Assembly: GCA_046583315.1 (NCBI GenBank)
Contig: JAYGCN010000174.1
Span: forward strand, 1-51,543
DNA: 51,543 nucleotides
Direction: 5' to 3'
Origin: Candidatus Hydrogenedentota bacterium
Lineage (GTDB): Bacteria; Hydrogenedentota; Hydrogenedentia; Hydrogenedentales; GCA-2746185
The notes under the pieces: model-generated
Told to the model about the DNA's origin: nothing
Seen by the model: the letters and a program-made list of their open reading frames with translations, nothing else
Databases searched by the model: none
Position numbers and translations under genes: made by a program
Part shown: positions 30,107-39,757 of the stretch, piece after piece
Layout of the letters: every line of letters begins with the position of its first letter
Numbering within the stretch: the stretch's first letter is position 1

Positions 30107-30784
30107 ATGGATGACCCCCTAAACAACCTTATTCTTGCACTCGGCGTGGTTGGCGGACTTGTCTTTTACGGTCGCTTTATCGTCCAGTGGATCGCCTCAG
30201 AGCGCAAAAAGAGGAGCGCGATGCCTATCGTCTTCTGGTATATGAGCGCGGTGGGCTCCGTTATGTTGTTAACTTACGGGATTCTTGACCGCTCCCTGTT
30301 GGGTACCCTGGGCCAGAATATCAATGTGATCATCTACGGGCGCAACATTGCCCATATCTGGCGGGATGAGGATCGATTGACGCCAACGACCTCCCGGATA
30401 CTTCATCTTGCCATGGGTATCATTGCAATAATCGGATTAATTGCGGTCGTTCAATTGAGCCTGCGCGAATGGCAGGTGCAAAGCGATAAATCCCCGCTAG
30501 AATCGCAGACGGCGTGGGCATGGCTTATTCTGGGGCTCGTGGGGCAGGGCTTGTTCGCGGCACGGTTTATTCTGCAATGGATCGTCACGGAACGGGCCAA
30601 GCGCAGTATCATCCCCAATGCCTTCTGGTTCCTCAGTTTTTTCGCAGCACTGTTTCAGTGTGCCGCATTCGTCCAGCGGGAGAAATGGGTTTTCGCAATC
30701 GGCATGGCGTTGACGGTGTTTATTTACAGTCGCAATATATGGTTTATTTATAGGGGTCAGCCATCCACGACGGAACAAGGCTGA
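30107..30784 (+). CDS. Lipid-A-disaccharide synthase N-terminal (LAB_N) domain membrane protein, two domains
   Basis: FYGRFIVQWIASERKKRSAMPIVFWYMS and FAARFILQWIVTERAKRSIIPNAFWFLS. Confidence 0.9.
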   Translation: MDDPLNNLILALGVVGGLVFYGRFIVQWIASERKKRSAMPIVFWYMSAVGSVMLLTYGILDRSLLGTLGQNINVIIYGRNIAHIWRDEDRLTPTTSRILHLAMGIIAIIGLIAVVQLSLREWQVQSDKSPLESQTAWAWLILGLVGQGLFAARFILQWIVTERAKRSIIPNAFWFLSFFAALFQCAAFVQREKWVFAIGMALTVFIYSRNIWFIYRGQPSTTEQG

Positions 30785-30811
30785 GCGTCGCACAGGATAA
30801 AGGAATCGCAC

Positions 30812-32005
30812 ATGAAAGCCGTTCTATTTGCTGCAGGAAAATCGACACGCACGTACCCGCTGACGTTGACGCGTCCCAAACCGCTTCTTCCGGTCGCCAA
30901 CAAACCCATTGCTATCCATCAGCTGGAAGCACTCGACGGCCTGGTTGACGAGGTATTGATGGTGGTGGGATACCGCAACGAAATGATCGAGGAAAGGCTC
31001 GGGGATCGCTATCAGGGCATCGCCATTCGCTACATCACTCAACAGGAGCAAAAGGGTACGGGACACGCTCTGGCACAGTGTGAGGAGCATCTTGACGGGC
31101 CGTTTTTGGCGATGAATGGGGACGATATCTATCACGCGGATGACCTGCGAACGCTTGCGGGTCTTGAACAGGGTGTGTTATGCAAGGAAGTGAACGATCC
31201 CTCCCGCTTTGGCGTGTTTATCACGGACGACTCGAGTCGCGTCACTGGAGTCGTGGAGAAACCCAATGAACCGGTATCGAATTTGGCCAATTTGGGTGCC
31301 TACAAGTTTCCGATGAGCATCTTTGACATCTTAAAAACGACTCCCGAATCGTCGCGCGGGGAAATCGAGATTACATCGGCCATCGAAACGCTTGCACAAC
31401 GTGAACCCTTTCACGCAATCCCGATTCAGGGCCACTGGCTATCTATCGGCTACCCCTGGGATTTGTTGGATGCGACCGCTGCCATTCTGGACGACCTGAA
31501 AGAGGATATCCAGGGCGACGTTTCTGCGGCCGCTCATCTGAACGGCGTGGTATCCATCGGTCGTGGCACGGTCATCCGGCCTGGCGTTGTGATTGACGGT
31601 CCGGTCATTATTGGCGAGCACTGCATGATTGGTCCCAATGCGTGGATACGGCCGTATTCGGCCATCGGAAATGGCTGCAAAATCGGTCAGGGTTCGGAAA
31701 TTAAGGGATCTATATTGATGAACGAGGTCAAGGTGCCGCACCTGAGTTATGCGGGTGACAGTGTGTTGGGCGAGGGCGTGAATTTTGGCTGCGGCACGAT
31801 TACGGCAAACTTCCGGCACGATGGCAAGAATCATAGCTCTATGGTGAAGGGTGAATTGGTGGACACGGGACGGCGCAAATTGGGAACGATTGTAGGCGAC
31901 TATGTGCACACGGGAATCAACACGTCTATCTATCCCGGTCGGAAACTTTGGCCACACACATCGACGTTGCCGGGGGAGGTAGTAAAGATGGATATCGAAT
32001 CCTGA
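30812..32005 (+). CDS. glmU: Bifunctional sugar-1-phosphate nucleotidylyltransferase/acetyltransferase, archaeal GlmU type
   Basis: MKAVLFAAGKSTRTYPLTLTRPKPLLPVANKP, SRGEIEIT, hexapeptide region, HLSYAGDSVLGEGVNFGCGTITANFRHD, DTGRRKLGTIVGD; 397 aa. Confidence 0.85.
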   Translation: MKAVLFAAGKSTRTYPLTLTRPKPLLPVANKPIAIHQLEALDGLVDEVLMVVGYRNEMIEERLGDRYQGIAIRYITQQEQKGTGHALAQCEEHLDGPFLAMNGDDIYHADDLRTLAGLEQGVLCKEVNDPSRFGVFITDDSSRVTGVVEKPNEPVSNLANLGAYKFPMSIFDILKTTPESSRGEIEITSAIETLAQREPFHAIPIQGHWLSIGYPWDLLDATAAILDDLKEDIQGDVSAAAHLNGVVSIGRGTVIRPGVVIDGPVIIGEHCMIGPNAWIRPYSAIGNGCKIGQGSEIKGSILMNEVKVPHLSYAGDSVLGEGVNFGCGTITANFRHDGKNHSSMVKGELVDTGRRKLGTIVGDYVHTGINTSIYPGRKLWPHTSTLPGEVVKMDIES

Positions 32006-32071
32006 GTAAACGATCCGTTACTCTAATCGCACCGTTTCATAGGGTTATTGCGCCCCAATTAGCTCGCCTCG

Positions 32072-32100
32072 TTGATATTTTCGGAACTTGACCGTATACT
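32072..32100 (+). promoter_or_regulatory. Sigma70 promoter of the coiled-coil/MshEN gene
   Basis: TTGATA (32072-32077), 17 nt, TATACT (32095-32100). Confidence 0.7.
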
Positions 32101-32160
32101 TCAATTGAGTCTGCTGTGTAGCCGTAGTGGGCTGGACGGACCAAGAAGAAGGATGCCTGA

Positions 32161-34038
32161 ATGGAGCGCGGTCGGAAGAAGGATAGTGTGGAAGCATTAA
32201 AAGAACAGGTCGATTCTCAGCAATCGGTTTCTTTTGAGCATCAGTCCGAGGTTATCCAGTACGTACATGATGTCAAGGAAGCGCTGAATCAGCTGGTGGA
32301 TCAGGTCGTCGTCGATCAAGAAGAGACGACCAAATTGTGCGCGCAGACCCGGGATGCGATTGGCCATCAAGGCGAGACGCTGGAACAGGCCGAACGAGCA
32401 ACCCAAGCCCTGCGCGAAGAGGTATCCCTTCTGGAAGCCGAGCGCGACGAACTTGCCTATAAGGTGGATCAAAGCGATGAAAAACTGGCGCAGGCCCGGG
32501 GTCGGCTGCGCAATGAATCCCGTAAGCTGGAAGATGCCGAGGTTGATCAGCAAGAACACGCGAAACTCAAGACTCGCTTGAACGAGGAAGCCACCTCCGG
32601 TGAAGCGGCGCGGCGTCACATTGCCAAGCTTGAGCAGACCATTCTGCTACACACGAATACTGAGGGCGACCTGAAAGAAGTACGAGCGGACCTGGAGAAA
32701 GCCGAGGATTCGGTTGAACAACTGGAACAAAGCGTGGCGGAACAAAGCACTACCATCGAAGGATTAAACACCGAGCGGACGACGCTTAAAGAAGAACGGG
32801 ATACCGCGCAAAAAGCGGCGCAGACCCATGAGGCCAACGCCGAATCGCTTATGCAGAACGTGACGGAGTTGCAGACGGCGTGCGATACTGCCCAGGAACG
32901 TGCGGATGCCTTGCGCGAATCGCTGGACCAGGCCGAACAACAGACGAGCACGGTTGAGCAGTCGGCCGAAGAGCTAGCGGATCAACTCGAGGAACAAACG
33001 AAGTGGGTCGATCAACTCACCCGAAGCCTCGAAGAATTGAAAACGAACCACGCGGATTCGGATGCCGTTATCAAGGGACACGCGGATCACATTGCATTGC
33101 TCGAGAACACCTGCCAGACCAACGAGACGACGCTGGCGGCCCTGAAAGAGGGACTTCAGCAAGCCCATGTGGGAACGGAACAAGCTGATCGTCAGATGGA
33201 CGAGTTGCGTGTCCGGACCAAGAAGGCAGTTGATCTGGACCAGGAAAAGTCGGCGCGTCTGGAGGAATTGCAGTCCGAAATACGTGGACAGGCTGGTCTT
33301 GAATCTGATTACCGTCAGCTTTCCGAACAATATACGGTGCTTGAGGCTCAGGTGAAAAAGTTGAACGCCGAGAATCAGGAAATGAAGGAAGAACTGGAGA
33401 AGGAGCAGTCAAAGGGCACGAAATCTGTCCTCGCGAAGCAGCTTTCCGATGCGTTACATGACCAGGAAACAAGCCAGGAGGCCATTCGGAAACATCGGCG
33501 TGAAGTAGCAGATCTCCAGAATGAGCTGGCCGCACTGAAGTCGTTGAAAGCGGCTCAACCGCGTGTCGATATCCAGTTCAACGCGGTCGAAGCGCGTCAG
33601 CAGCTAGGGAAACTTCTCGTCGAATCAGGAGTCATTACACAGGCGCAACTTGACGACGTGATTCGGGAGCGCGAACAAAACGAATACAACGGAAAAATCG
33701 GCCAGCTGTTTGTCGATAAAGGATACGCGACCGAAGATGTCATTGCGCAGGCCCTCGCGCATCAGATGGACATTCCCTTTTTGCGTATCGAGCACAACAC
33801 GATTCACCGAGATGCAGTCCGGCTCATCAGCGAACGAATCGCTGATAAACATACCTGCGTTCCGGTTAGTTTTGAGAATGGAGAACTGACTCTCGCTATG
33901 GAGAACCCGATGGATCTCATTGCCATCGAAAACGTAGAACGTTTGTGCGAGTATCAGATCCGCCCGATGATTTCGACCGCCACGGACATCCGAAAGGCGA
34001 TCCGACAATACTATCAGGGCAGACCCAATCCGCGTTAA
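32161..34038 (+). CDS. Long coiled-coil protein with C-terminal MshEN/T2SSE_N domain, no ATPase
   Basis: About 465 aa of E/Q/L/A-rich heptads, then QLGKLLVESGVITQAQLDDVI..KIGQLFVDKGYATEDVIAQALAHQ and CVPV..LTLAMENPMDLIAIENVE. No Walker A and no TM segment. Confidence 0.85.
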   Translation: MERGRKKDSVEALKEQVDSQQSVSFEHQSEVIQYVHDVKEALNQLVDQVVVDQEETTKLCAQTRDAIGHQGETLEQAERATQALREEVSLLEAERDELAYKVDQSDEKLAQARGRLRNESRKLEDAEVDQQEHAKLKTRLNEEATSGEAARRHIAKLEQTILLHTNTEGDLKEVRADLEKAEDSVEQLEQSVAEQSTTIEGLNTERTTLKEERDTAQKAAQTHEANAESLMQNVTELQTACDTAQERADALRESLDQAEQQTSTVEQSAEELADQLEEQTKWVDQLTRSLEELKTNHADSDAVIKGHADHIALLENTCQTNETTLAALKEGLQQAHVGTEQADRQMDELRVRTKKAVDLDQEKSARLEELQSEIRGQAGLESDYRQLSEQYTVLEAQVKKLNAENQEMKEELEKEQSKGTKSVLAKQLSDALHDQETSQEAIRKHRREVADLQNELAALKSLKAAQPRVDIQFNAVEARQQLGKLLVESGVITQAQLDDVIREREQNEYNGKIGQLFVDKGYATEDVIAQALAHQMDIPFLRIEHNTIHRDAVRLISERIADKHTCVPVSFENGELTLAMENPMDLIAIENVERLCEYQIRPMISTATDIRKAIRQYYQGRPNPR

Positions 34039-34046
34039 GCGGCGCG

Positions 34047-36965
34047 TTAGTCCACGAATATATCGTCCAGTGTAACCTCCGTAATCTTTCCGAACTTGGC
34101 CAGCGCGTCCATATCAATCTTGCTCTTGTCGCCCACAATGGAGATTAGCTTGGGCTTGTCCTTGATGTGTGAGGCGTGAAACGCCATCATGTCTTCGAGC
34201 TTGACCGTCTGCAATTCTTCGAAGGCGCGCATCCCGGGATCCTCGTCCAGTCCGAAACGTTCCCAGCTACGTACGGTGCCAATCACACTACGGAACCCGA
34301 CCTTGGATGAGCGGTATCGATTCGTTAACGACGTGACTGCCTCGTCAAATCGCTCAGGTGATTCGGGCAGATTATCAAAAAGATCGAGGAATGCCGTTAC
34401 GGCATCGATCGTCTTATCGGTCTGGCATCCAATGGCGCCGATCATGATGTTTTCCGCGTTAAGGCGTCCACCCTTGGAGTATAGTGCGCCAGCCGAATAG
34501 GCCAGTGCGCGCGCCTCACGCAGTTCCTGGAACACGATGCCGGACATGCCGCCGGCGAAATAGCTGTTGTACAGGGCCACCGGCACACGCAGCGATTCGT
34601 CGTATTTGCCGTCTGGAAACTCAATACGCACATTGGCCTGAGCCATTTCCTTGTCGAAGAAGTAAATTTCCGTCTCGTCAAAGTCCCGGGCGTATTTGAA
34701 ACGGTACGCGGGTGTATCTTTCAGCGTTCCATCGAGCGGGTGGTGCTTTTTCAGGATGGCGGTGACTTCCGCAAGGGATAGTGAGCCGGTATAAGTGATG
34801 GTCTGCTTATATCCGAGCAGATCGGTGATGCTTTTCACCAGCTCGTCAACGGTCAGCGCGTTTATTTCTTCGCTGGTGAGCACATTCAGGTAAGTCGATT
34901 CGGATCCGTTCCGGTTGAACGTCGACACTGCTCGTGCAATAGACGCTGGTTCTTTTTTAGCATCGTTGCGGGATTTCAGCACGATTGTCTTGAGAGTTTC
35001 CAGAACGGCCGCATCGGCTTTCGGATCGTTGAGCAGGCTCAGCATGAGCTTAAGCGTCGCGTCGAAATTTTCGTCGAGCCCGCTGATTCGCATGAAGGAT
35101 TCATTGTCTCCGGCGCTAATGCCGAAGCTGCTACCGAGTTTATACCATTCCTTCTTCAGATCTTCAGATGAAAAATCGCCCGTGCCGGATTTGTCCAGCA
35201 ACTGGGTCGCCATGCTTATTTTCTTGTTTTCATGAGAGCCAAATTCAACAAGAATCGTGAATGAAAAGAGATCGTTCAAGGGGTTCTGGGAGTAAAACAG
35301 TCGCGTACCATCAGCATAATCCACGACCTGCACGTCTTTCTCGAGATCCACGAAGGTCGGTTCTATCTGTGCGAAGGGCATCGACAGGATACGCTTGGCA
35401 AACTCGGACTGTCGTTTTGGATCGATGGTGACCGGCTGGATAATCGGTTTTTCTACGGGCGGCACCTCGTGTTGCTCGTCCAGCCGGTGAATCGATACGT
35501 AGTCCTTGCCAAAGTATTCGTTCGCGACGCGCACCACATCTTCTTTCGTCACACGTTCCATACGTGTGATCGCCTGTGTCGCGTCGTCCCAACTTTCATA
35601 ACTGAGAAAGGCCTCGCGCATCTCAGAGACCCGCGCCAAGTTCGACTCCAGCCCGCCTTTTTGATTCTTCTTGTAGTCGGTAATAATCGCGGGAATGATC
35701 CAGTCTTCAAATTCGCCTTGCTTCACCAACTCGACCTGCTCCAGTATCAAAGCCTCTACTTCGTCTAGGGTCTGGCCCTCTTTGGGCACACCGTAGAAGT
35801 GCTGCGAGCCGAAATCGTTCATCACACTGGGGTAGGACCCCGCCTGACGGACCCGTTGTTGCTGGTTGAGGTTGAGGTTAATCAGTCCCGCCTGTGAGTT
35901 GTCGAGAATCATATCCATCATTGCTAGGGCCTCGATGTCCGGGTCATGGTTTTTGACTGTACGGAAGGCCAATTCCACGAACTCGTTGCCTTGGTATTTC
36001 ACCGTGACGCGCTCGACACCTTTGAGAGATTTTTCTTTCCATGGCCCCACCTTCGGCAACGGCTTAGGTTCCCAGAAGGAAAAGTATTCATCGATGAACG
36101 ACATGGTTTCCGAAACATTGATGTCGCCACTGATGAAGATGGCCATGTTATTGGGTACGTAGTGCGTGTTGAAATAATCGTAAATGAGATTGAGGGAGGG
36201 ATTTTTCAGGTGCTCGACTGTTCCGATGGTCGGCTGTTGCCCGTAGGGATGGTTCTTGTAGAGGGTCTGGGACATCGCATAGTTCACGATGCGATCTTTG
36301 TTGTCCAGGCTACGATTTTTTTCTTCGTAGACCGTTTCCAGCTCGGTGTGGAACAAACGGAATACCGGATTGTGATACCGCTGTGATTCGATGGCCGCCC
36401 ATTGCTCCATCCGGTTGGCCGGCAGACCGACTTTGTACACCGTTTCTTCGTGCCACGTGTGCGCGTTCACATGCGTACCGCCCATCGCGTTGAAAATCTT
36501 GTCGATCTCGTTTGGAATGGCGTATTCTGCGGCCCGTTGTGCAACGCGATTGATCTCCGCGTAAATCTCTGCGCGAATTTCCGAATCGGTTTCCATGAAA
36601 TGTTCTTCGTAGAGCCGGGTAATCTCGTCGAGAAAGGGTTTTTCTTTTTCGTAGTCAAGCGTACCCATGGACTGGTTGCCTTTGAACAAGAGATGCTCGA
36701 GGTAGTGCGCCAGACCGGTCGCGTTTTCCGGATCGTGTTTGCTACCCGAACGCACGGCGATCTCAGCATAGAAACGTGGCGTTTCGTGGTTCTCCGTCAG
36801 GTACACCGTGAGCCCATTTTCCAGCTGAAAAATATGCGTGTTCAGCGGATCGTCGGCGCTGGATTTATCGACACGCTTGTAGTCCGACCAGGTTGTCGTC
36901 TGAATCAGAACGAGCAGACAGGACAACACCCATGTCCACGTAGAAATTTGGCCTAACCGAATCAT
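34047..36965 (-). CDS. Secreted M16 (insulinase/pitrilysin) family zinc peptidase
   Basis: LENGLTVYL, GSKHDP..TGLAHYLEHLLFKG (HxxEH), NAHT, VYEEKN, FQELREARALAYSA. Start ATG 36965 follows GGAG. Confidence 0.95.
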   Translation of the reverse strand: MIRLGQISTWTWVLSCLLVLIQTTTWSDYKRVDKSSADDPLNTHIFQLENGLTVYLTENHETPRFYAEIAVRSGSKHDPENATGLAHYLEHLLFKGNQSMGTLDYEKEKPFLDEITRLYEEHFMETDSEIRAEIYAEINRVAQRAAEYAIPNEIDKIFNAMGGTHVNAHTWHEETVYKVGLPANRMEQWAAIESQRYHNPVFRLFHTELETVYEEKNRSLDNKDRIVNYAMSQTLYKNHPYGQQPTIGTVEHLKNPSLNLIYDYFNTHYVPNNMAIFISGDINVSETMSFIDEYFSFWEPKPLPKVGPWKEKSLKGVERVTVKYQGNEFVELAFRTVKNHDPDIEALAMMDMILDNSQAGLINLNLNQQQRVRQAGSYPSVMNDFGSQHFYGVPKEGQTLDEVEALILEQVELVKQGEFEDWIIPAIITDYKKNQKGGLESNLARVSEMREAFLSYESWDDATQAITRMERVTKEDVVRVANEYFGKDYVSIHRLDEQHEVPPVEKPIIQPVTIDPKRQSEFAKRILSMPFAQIEPTFVDLEKDVQVVDYADGTRLFYSQNPLNDLFSFTILVEFGSHENKKISMATQLLDKSGTGDFSSEDLKKEWYKLGSSFGISAGDNESFMRISGLDENFDATLKLMLSLLNDPKADAAVLETLKTIVLKSRNDAKKEPASIARAVSTFNRNGSESTYLNVLTSEEINALTVDELVKSITDLLGYKQTITYTGSLSLAEVTAILKKHHPLDGTLKDTPAYRFKYARDFDETEIYFFDKEMAQANVRIEFPDGKYDESLRVPVALYNSYFAGGMSGIVFQELREARALAYSAGALYSKGGRLNAENIMIGAIGCQTDKTIDAVTAFLDLFDNLPESPERFDEAVTSLTNRYRSSKVGFRSVIGTVRSWERFGLDEDPGMRAFEELQTVKLEDMMAFHASHIKDKPKLISIVGDKSKIDMDALAKFGKITEVTLDDIFVD

Positions 36966-37117
36966 AAAACCATCTCCTTCGACCCGTTTCAAGGGGGTAT
37001 TCAATCTAAACAGTGCTTTCGAGCATAACATGCGGGCACCGGATAATGACAAGTCTCACTTGGGAACGATATTCCGTGGACAATACCCACGTAAGCGGAA
37101 GGTTACATGAAGGGGGA

Positions 37118-38704
37118 TCAATCCGGCGCATTCTCATGCATTAGGTAGAGAACGACTTCTATACCGTCGTATTCGCGATGTTCTTCTACGGTGCCGTGGG
37201 CATCCAACCACGCGCGAAACTCGTCCATACGTCCGATTCGCTGATCGAAATCCCACCAGGACTCGACATACCAGATGCGCGCGGCGCCATTGACAATCTC
37301 TTCGGCAGGCAGCGGCATGAAACCCACGTCGGTCCACATGGCCTCGTCCGGAAAACTCTTCAGCAGTTCCAGGCGATCTTCCTCGGTGAGGCTCATGACC
37401 CATTGCGGCTTGTCGGGCAAATAATACGACCGGAAGGGTCCAATCGAGAAGGTGCAGAAATGAGCGACGCGATCGCCCTCTTGCCAATCCGATGCGATCC
37501 AATCCGATGCCGAACGCGAATCGATCTTGTAGCGCGCGCCGATCACGTGATTCCACACGGGATGCATATTCTGTTGATAGAGGTCTTTGAGTGCGAATCC
37601 ACTGAGTAGCGTAAATACTCCGACGATGGCTATGCGTGCCCATGCCTTTGGTAGCCCGGCAACGCCGACACCCATGAGAATGTAAACGGGTGCTGCGAAG
37701 GCGAGTTGTACGCGGTAGGTGTAAAACGCGAATTCCTGCGTGGACCAGACGATGACCTGAATCAGAATCGGCACGATGGAGACGCACAACAACAGGGAAA
37801 GCTGTCGGCGATCGTTGCGGGCGGTGTACAAACCGAACAACAAGATTACCAAACCGACGAAAAACAACGTCCAGTAGAGCGGAATCGTTGAGGAATATCC
37901 CGCGAAGAAGTTTTTGAGCGTCAGGAGTACTGTTTTCAGGGTGGGGTGTGGAAACCAGTGTTCCTCCGCGCTCGCGTGGACCCCCCAGATCTGACTGGCC
38001 ATCAGCGCGGGCGGAATGATGAGCGCCAAAATGCTGAGCTGGCTGATGGTCCACGGACGAATCTTGTCGCGGTATCGATTGAAACAGGTCAGCGCGTAAA
38101 TATTCATGCAAACGAGATACAGCGCGGAAAAATAGTAGGTGTAGATGGCCAGTGCACCGGTGATGACAGTCGCGATCCACCAGCGGCGGGTGCCGTCTTC
38201 CAGCGCGCGCAGGCTGCAATAAACGCCCGCGCACACGATAAGCGCGTACAGCGAATGGGGCCGATATTCCTGGGCGTAGTAGACCTGGAATGGCGATATT
38301 GCGATAAACAGTACGGCGATGAGTGCGGCTGCGCGCTGCTTGAACAGATACATGGAGAGCAGATAGGTCATCGGGATGAGTGCGACGCTGGATGCGAGGG
38401 GCAACAGGCGAAGATAGGCGTCACTGGTGCGCGTGCCCATGGTGATTCCGAAAACGTGCTGTCCGAGTTCATACCAGATGCGGCCCAACACGGCGAACAT
38501 GGGTATCAATCGACTCTCGCTGGCGCTAAGGAAGGAAAGATCCCTGTCGACCCATGCGGCACCGATGATGGAGGCCGCTTCGTCGTACCAAAAGCTGAAA
38601 TGACCAAGATTGTAGAGGCGAATGATTGCACCCAAGGCAACCACCAGCCAAAGGGGATGGCGCCACGGGGAGGGAGTGTCTGTCGTCGTTGTGTCGCTAG
38701 TCAT
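37118..38704 (-). CDS. GT-C membrane glycosyltransferase (GT39/PMT_2-like)
   Basis: IRLYNLGHFSFWYDEAAS, LRLLP, AISPFQVYYAQEYRPHSL; many TM helices. Confidence 0.88.
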   Translation of the reverse strand: MTSDTTTTDTPSPWRHPLWLVVALGAIIRLYNLGHFSFWYDEAASIIGAAWVDRDLSFLSASESRLIPMFAVLGRIWYELGQHVFGITMGTRTSDAYLRLLPLASSVALIPMTYLLSMYLFKQRAAALIAVLFIAISPFQVYYAQEYRPHSLYALIVCAGVYCSLRALEDGTRRWWIATVITGALAIYTYYFSALYLVCMNIYALTCFNRYRDKIRPWTISQLSILALIIPPALMASQIWGVHASAEEHWFPHPTLKTVLLTLKNFFAGYSSTIPLYWTLFFVGLVILLFGLYTARNDRRQLSLLLCVSIVPILIQVIVWSTQEFAFYTYRVQLAFAAPVYILMGVGVAGLPKAWARIAIVGVFTLLSGFALKDLYQQNMHPVWNHVIGARYKIDSRSASDWIASDWQEGDRVAHFCTFSIGPFRSYYLPDKPQWVMSLTEEDRLELLKSFPDEAMWTDVGFMPLPAEEIVNGAARIWYVESWWDFDQRIGRMDEFRAWLDAHGTVEEHREYDGIEVVLYLMHENAPD

Positions 38705-39608
38705 CGGCCTTGATCCCGTGGGCGACCAGTCCACCGGAATAAGGCAGCACGTAGGTTTTGAAGGTCAGGTAGTGAAGGAAATAGCCGACCAGCTTGATGC
38801 CCCAGATCATCGCTTCGCTGACGATGCCGCCGGTCGCGTAAGGCACCGCAATATCGATTTTCATGTCGGTGCATCCGGAGGACTCGAAGAACATGGCCAG
38901 GGATCGAGGCGAAAAATCGAACATGTGGCGGGGTGCTTCAAAATAGATGGGTACCTGGGGAATGGTCTGACGCAACTTGATGAAGGGCTCGACGTGTGGC
39001 GTTTGGATGACCAATAATCCGCCCGGCGCGAGCCATTTGGTGACCGTTTTCAGAACGGCCTTGGGGTCTTTGAGGTGTTCAAGCACGGTAATCATCAGAA
39101 TGCAGTCGAATTGGCTCGCTTCATAACCCACGGCATCCACGACACCGTCCTGAATATCGGCGGACGGCACACGTTTACGCGCAAAGTTTACTGCGCCTTC
39201 ACCCACTTCAAGGCCGTGCAACTCCCATTCGGAGTAATTCGACATTTCTTCGAGCACGGCGCCGAATCCACAACCGATATCGAGCAGTTTCCCGCCTCCG
39301 GGTTTTCGTTTGCGCACGATTCGGCTGAGCTGTTTCTGGGTATAACCGAGTCCCCGCGCGGCGACTTCTTCGGGGGAATCGTCGAGGTACATGTTGTCGT
39401 AGAAACCCGGAATCTCATCAGCGGTCGGCTGCGGATTGATGTACACCAGCTTGCATTGCGCACATTGGCGGATGTCATAATCCAGTTCGGTACCGATGGA
39501 GGTATATTCCTTGCCACCACAGAAATTGCAATCCACCTCCTCCGTATGGTTAATTTCGAAGGGATGATCGACGGTCGTATAGAACGATTTCTTGACTTCC
39601 TGGGACAC
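38697..39608 (-). CDS. Class I SAM-dependent methyltransferase with N-terminal CxxC..CxxC zinc site (glycan-cluster type)
   Basis: CNFCG..CAQCKLVYINPQP, LLDIGCGFG, VLEHLKDP, LAPGGLLVIQTP, PRHMFDFS. GTG 39608 follows AAGGA. Confidence 0.88.
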   Translation of the reverse strand: MSQEVKKSFYTTVDHPFEINHTEEVDCNFCGGKEYTSIGTELDYDIRQCAQCKLVYINPQPTADEIPGFYDNMYLDDSPEEVAARGLGYTQKQLSRIVRKRKPGGGKLLDIGCGFGAVLEEMSNYSEWELHGLEVGEGAVNFARKRVPSADIQDGVVDAVGYEASQFDCILMITVLEHLKDPKAVLKTVTKWLAPGGLLVIQTPHVEPFIKLRQTIPQVPIYFEAPRHMFDFSPRSLAMFFESSGCTDMKIDIAVPYATGGIVSEAMIWGIKLVGYFLHYLTFKTYVLPYSGGLVAHGIKADD

Positions 39609-39757
39609 GGGCGACTTCCTTTGTACTTGCGTTAAGCCTATCACACAAACACCGCGCCCTTCGAGCAATGAACGGCGAGCGGGTTGTACCTGGCTTCGTC
39701 TGAGGCGTACTATGAGTGCTCGAAAATCTATTCCAATTCTCAGAAGGGTCAACAAGC

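Noticed and set aside
37134..38234. 366-aa Arg-rich ORF overlapping the GT-C gene in another frame
   Set aside because: The composition (R/S/H/P-rich) is typical of an off-frame translation.
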